Position numbers and translations under genes: made by a program. 64,000 bases of DNA from Neoechinorhynchus agilis (taxonomy: Eukaryota > Animalia > Acanthocephala): assembly GCA_051530055.1 (NCBI GenBank), contig CM121343.1, positions 3,504,389-3,568,388 of the forward strand. Reading direction: 5' to 3'. Within the stretch, counting starts at the first letter, position 1; each line of letters opens with the position of its first letter. Of this stretch, positions 60,565 through 64,000 are shown piece after piece. The notes beneath the pieces were generated by a model that saw only the letters and a list, made by a program, of their open reading frames with translations, was not told where the DNA came from and searched no databases.

Positions 60565-62638
60565 TCACACGCGTGCCACCTCGCTATCACTTAGATCCTC
60601 CTGTATTCTTCGGATCATTCGAACCTTTAAATACCGTTTTGTTATGTCATCGTCGGAAGCGTAGAGTTCAACTTTCGAGATATCACCCCCTGGTGTGTCA
60701 TACATGGCATCAAGGAGCTCTCTTTCAAGAATCGACCGCAAACTCCGAGCACCCATTCTGCGGTCTCTCGCTTCACGACAGACGATACTCATCGCACTGT
60801 CGCTGATTGAAAAGTCACAATTATCCATCGAAAACAGCGTTTGGTACTGTTTTATGAGCGCGTTTTGCGGCTCCTTTAATATCCGCCGAAGCATCTCTTC
60901 GTTCAAATGATGAAATGGCACTGTAACTGGCAAACGTCCTATGAATTCAGGTATCAATCCGAACTTCACGAAATCCTTGCTTTCAGCTTTCTGCAAAGAC
61001 CTATCGATCTTTACGAGCTCGTCTTCTTCACTCGTCAGATAGTCTTCCTCCGAACCGTCTGAGAACCCAACTGAAATTTTCTTACCAAAAGATGACCGAA
61101 CATCATACAGATTATAATAATATTCTATGAAATCCATCCGAATATTTCTCATGCCATTGAGAAAATAATGACATTTGGATTTGAAAGGATACGTAGCATA
61201 TTAATCTCAATTGTGGGTTGGTATTTAAAAACATTCATAATCTAATAAACGTCTTTTCTAAACGGTAATTGAAGGACAGATTCTCTCTCGACGACAAAAA
61301 ATGAAGTCAATCACAACGAGGATCAACTATGGACAAAAGCGATAATTTCTGTAGGATTAATTTGTAAGTTTTAGCAATTAAACCAAAAGTCCCATTCGTT
61401 CTTTGGTTAGAAAATGTCGACTTTAACGCCCTTGAAGTCGTCGGTCACCTTTTACACAGCGTTTATCGACTATTTCTTCAAGTCCACTGAACGCGCCTGA
61501 TGCGATGAATAAAATCTGAGTAGTATCCACCGAAGGCAGACTAGATGTACCCGGCATAAAGGACATTCGTCTTTTCGCCATACTGTCATTCAGATTGACT
61601 AGAGTACCCTCTAGCATCTTAAGAAACGCTTGTTGGACTCCTTCGCCTCCAATATCCCTTATTCCACGTAGATGGTGGGTCTGAGCGATTTTATCTACTT
61701 CATCGAGAAACACAATTCCCTGTTGGCACTTTGATAGATTTCTATCGGCATTATCATACAAGCGGGCAATCACGGATTCCACGTCTTCGCCAACATAACC
61801 AGCTTGAGTCATAGTGGTGCAATCACAGATCGCGATTGGAACATTGAGAAATTCCGCAACACATTGAGCCAAATGAGTCTTCCCTGTCCCGGTAGGACCA
61901 AACATTATAAGGTTACTCTTTGAAAGCACAGTTGCTCCACTTGGGTAAGAGAACTGGGGACGTCGAATAACGTCGTTCACACCACTAAATGTGGAATCAT
62001 CCATGAAAGTAGTATGGTTCGGCGAACAAATCCCAAGCGTACTCTCGTGGTTTGGTTCACTACGGGACAATATCCGATGCTCAGTCTGTTTCCTATAAGT
62101 ACGACCTTTTACCAAGAAGTTGTTATAAGCAGATCTTTTATAATGGTTATAGACAGCGACCGAGATTATACGTTTGGCAGATTCTTGACCAATTATATGC
62201 TTATTGAGGTACTCGCATATATCACGCGGGGTCGGAATCTTGGAGTCCTTCATTAGAAAGGCTAAGTTATCATCGTCTGATGACCCATCATCGTCATCAT
62301 CATTGAGGATGAAGAAGCTCCCCCGTTTTGTGTTATCGTCTTCTATGGGCCTTTCCTCCTTCCTATCCTTGGAAGCCTTGTCGCCATCAGGATTAATTTC
62401 AGGGAATTTTAAAGATACGCTCCCATATTTACAAAGAGTGCATATGCGATAGTTCTTATCTTTTCCTATCGATCACACAGCGATTTGAAATATCACACCA
62501 ACAACAATAAAAGAAACGGGTTGACTTACCGTATTTGGAAAAGCTACTAGTCTTCTTGCCACAATTCGGGCATATTTTGGCCTCGTCCGCTGATTTATTC
62601 TCATTTGAGCAAATTTTGCTGCTCACCGATCGAAGCAT
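60565..62638 (-). CDS. CLPX: Mitochondrial ClpX AAA+ unfoldase, 3 exons
   Basis: N-terminal C4 finger completed by the G|gtaagt...gatag intron (about 62467-62530); IIGQ, AVYNHYKR, GPTGTGKT, FLDEVDKI, GGEGVQQ, FGLIPEFIGRLP, MGARSLR. Confidence 0.97.
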
Positions 62639-63232
62639 GACGGTAAATCCTAATCGATGAAAAGAATCGGCATAAAATGATGTGGAAACCTACCGCTGCG
62701 AACATTGGTCAAATAATGGACATGATTAAAAGTGGCACAACAACGACAGCGACGACCACTGGGACAGTTTCTGGTGAACGGCCAAAGCGTCACTGCAGCG
62801 TCTGAGCTGATTCTCCTCCCAACATGCACGCATCTCATCTCGAAACTTCCTAAGATTAGTACGTTTCAATCATCCAAGTCATTCGAACCCAGAAACGACG
62901 CTTTAACCACGGAAGAATCCCAATTAACTAATCAGCCTTCCCTTCATCCAAAATGGGAGTAGCACATCGCTTCACGCGGTGGAATCATCCCTCTCATTCA
63001 CTTTGCGCAGTTCAGTCGGGATTTTTCGCGCGTGCGCGTGCGCGCGGGTTTATACTAAAAAGTGATGTCACATTGTGCGTCGTGGCGCTCTCGCTTTTCG
63101 CCGCATTCATAAAAGCGCTCTTGTTATCTCCTCAAACGAAATTCTTACCATGACATCGATCCCACACATAAATATTTATCAATAGACACGATCCGGTTTG
63201 TCACCGGGACGCTTGTTGCACCTTATTAGCCC

Positions 63233-64000
63233 ATGTCCAACAATCAACATCGATTAAATAACCGCGCAACGCCTTCTGAGCCGCCATTAGACCACCGACG
63301 TGTAAGGACGTCTTTGACGAGTGCAAGTGGTGGCGAAGGTGGTGGTGGTGGTGGTGGAGGTGCAAATAGTGGAAGCACCGGGGCAATATTCTTAGTCGGG
63401 TCTCAGTATCGCGTTGGAAAGAAGATCGGCTGTGGTAACTTTGGTGAGATTCGTCTTGGCAAAAATACATCCACGAATGAGCACGTCGCAGTTAAACTGG
63501 AACCGTTGAAATCCCGAGCCCCACAACTCTACCTGGAGTATTGTTTTTACAAGGACTTGCTTGGCGACACGGAAGGTTTTCCTAAAGTGTTTTATTACGG
63601 TAATTGTACAAAATATAATGCACTTGTGATTGAACTGCTGGGACACAACTTAGAAGATCTTTTTGATACTTGTGGCCGTCGCTTTATGTGTAACCATTGT
63701 TGACTCGGTTGGGGGCGGGAGGGAAGGCGCGATCACTCTTGTTGTGATCAACAATGGTTCCAATAGCCTCAAAACGGTGCTCATGATAGCACTTCAGTGT
63801 TTGACTCGAATAGAATACGTGCATTCCAAAGGTTTGATTTATCGCGATATCAAGCCTGAGAACTTCTTAATCGGGCGTCATTCACATAACAAGCATATTG
63901 TACACTTGATCGATTTTGGTCTTGCGAAGGAATATAGAGATCCACATACCAAGAGGCATATTCCTTATCGCGAACATAAATCCTTGACTGGTACTGCTCG
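63233..64000 (+). CDS. CSNK1G: Casein kinase I gamma, 5' part (runs off the window); intron 63688-63766
   Basis: [69 protein letters not shown]. Confidence 0.97.

Noticed and set aside
62650-63153. Short ORFs between CLPX and CK1-gamma
   Set aside because: CpG-rich bidirectional promoter/UTR region (CGCG run at about 63027-63047); no coding signature

Overview
AT-rich eukaryotic DNA from a compact-genome invertebrate animal: short, mostly 40-80 nt GT-AG introns and animal-specific genes (nicotinic receptor, TGF-beta ligand, Shc, Caprin). About 15 host genes are recognisable: an Sts/UBASH3-type His-phosphatase, TRMT10C, a TGF-beta ligand, a cyclic-nucleotide PDE, SPTLC1, sigma GST, an orphan GPCR, nAChR alpha, Shc, a DENN protein, Caprin, a TEN1-like OB protein, CLPX and CK1-gamma, plus several orphan ORFs. 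They are interspersed with decayed CRE-like and L2/CR1-like non-LTR retroelements, tRNA-headed SINEs, foldback/MITE elements and tandem arrays (about 128, 147, 82 and 183 bp units). Most notable: (1) a near-identical 2.7-kb inverted duplication carrying an orphan 173-aa ORF and bracketing a 12.8-kb gene-containing segment; (2) minimal type I hammerhead-ribozyme-like motifs in two repeat families (the 147-bp array, and a dispersed foldback family with an apparent variant core), plus hammerhead core words in a tRNA-headed SINE; (3) several gene junctions that are each one nucleotide short, mostly at splice donors (probably consensus errors, possibly odd splicing); (4) a TGF-beta ligand lacking the dimerisation cysteine. 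All assignments are from motif recognition by eye; no searches or folding programs were run.
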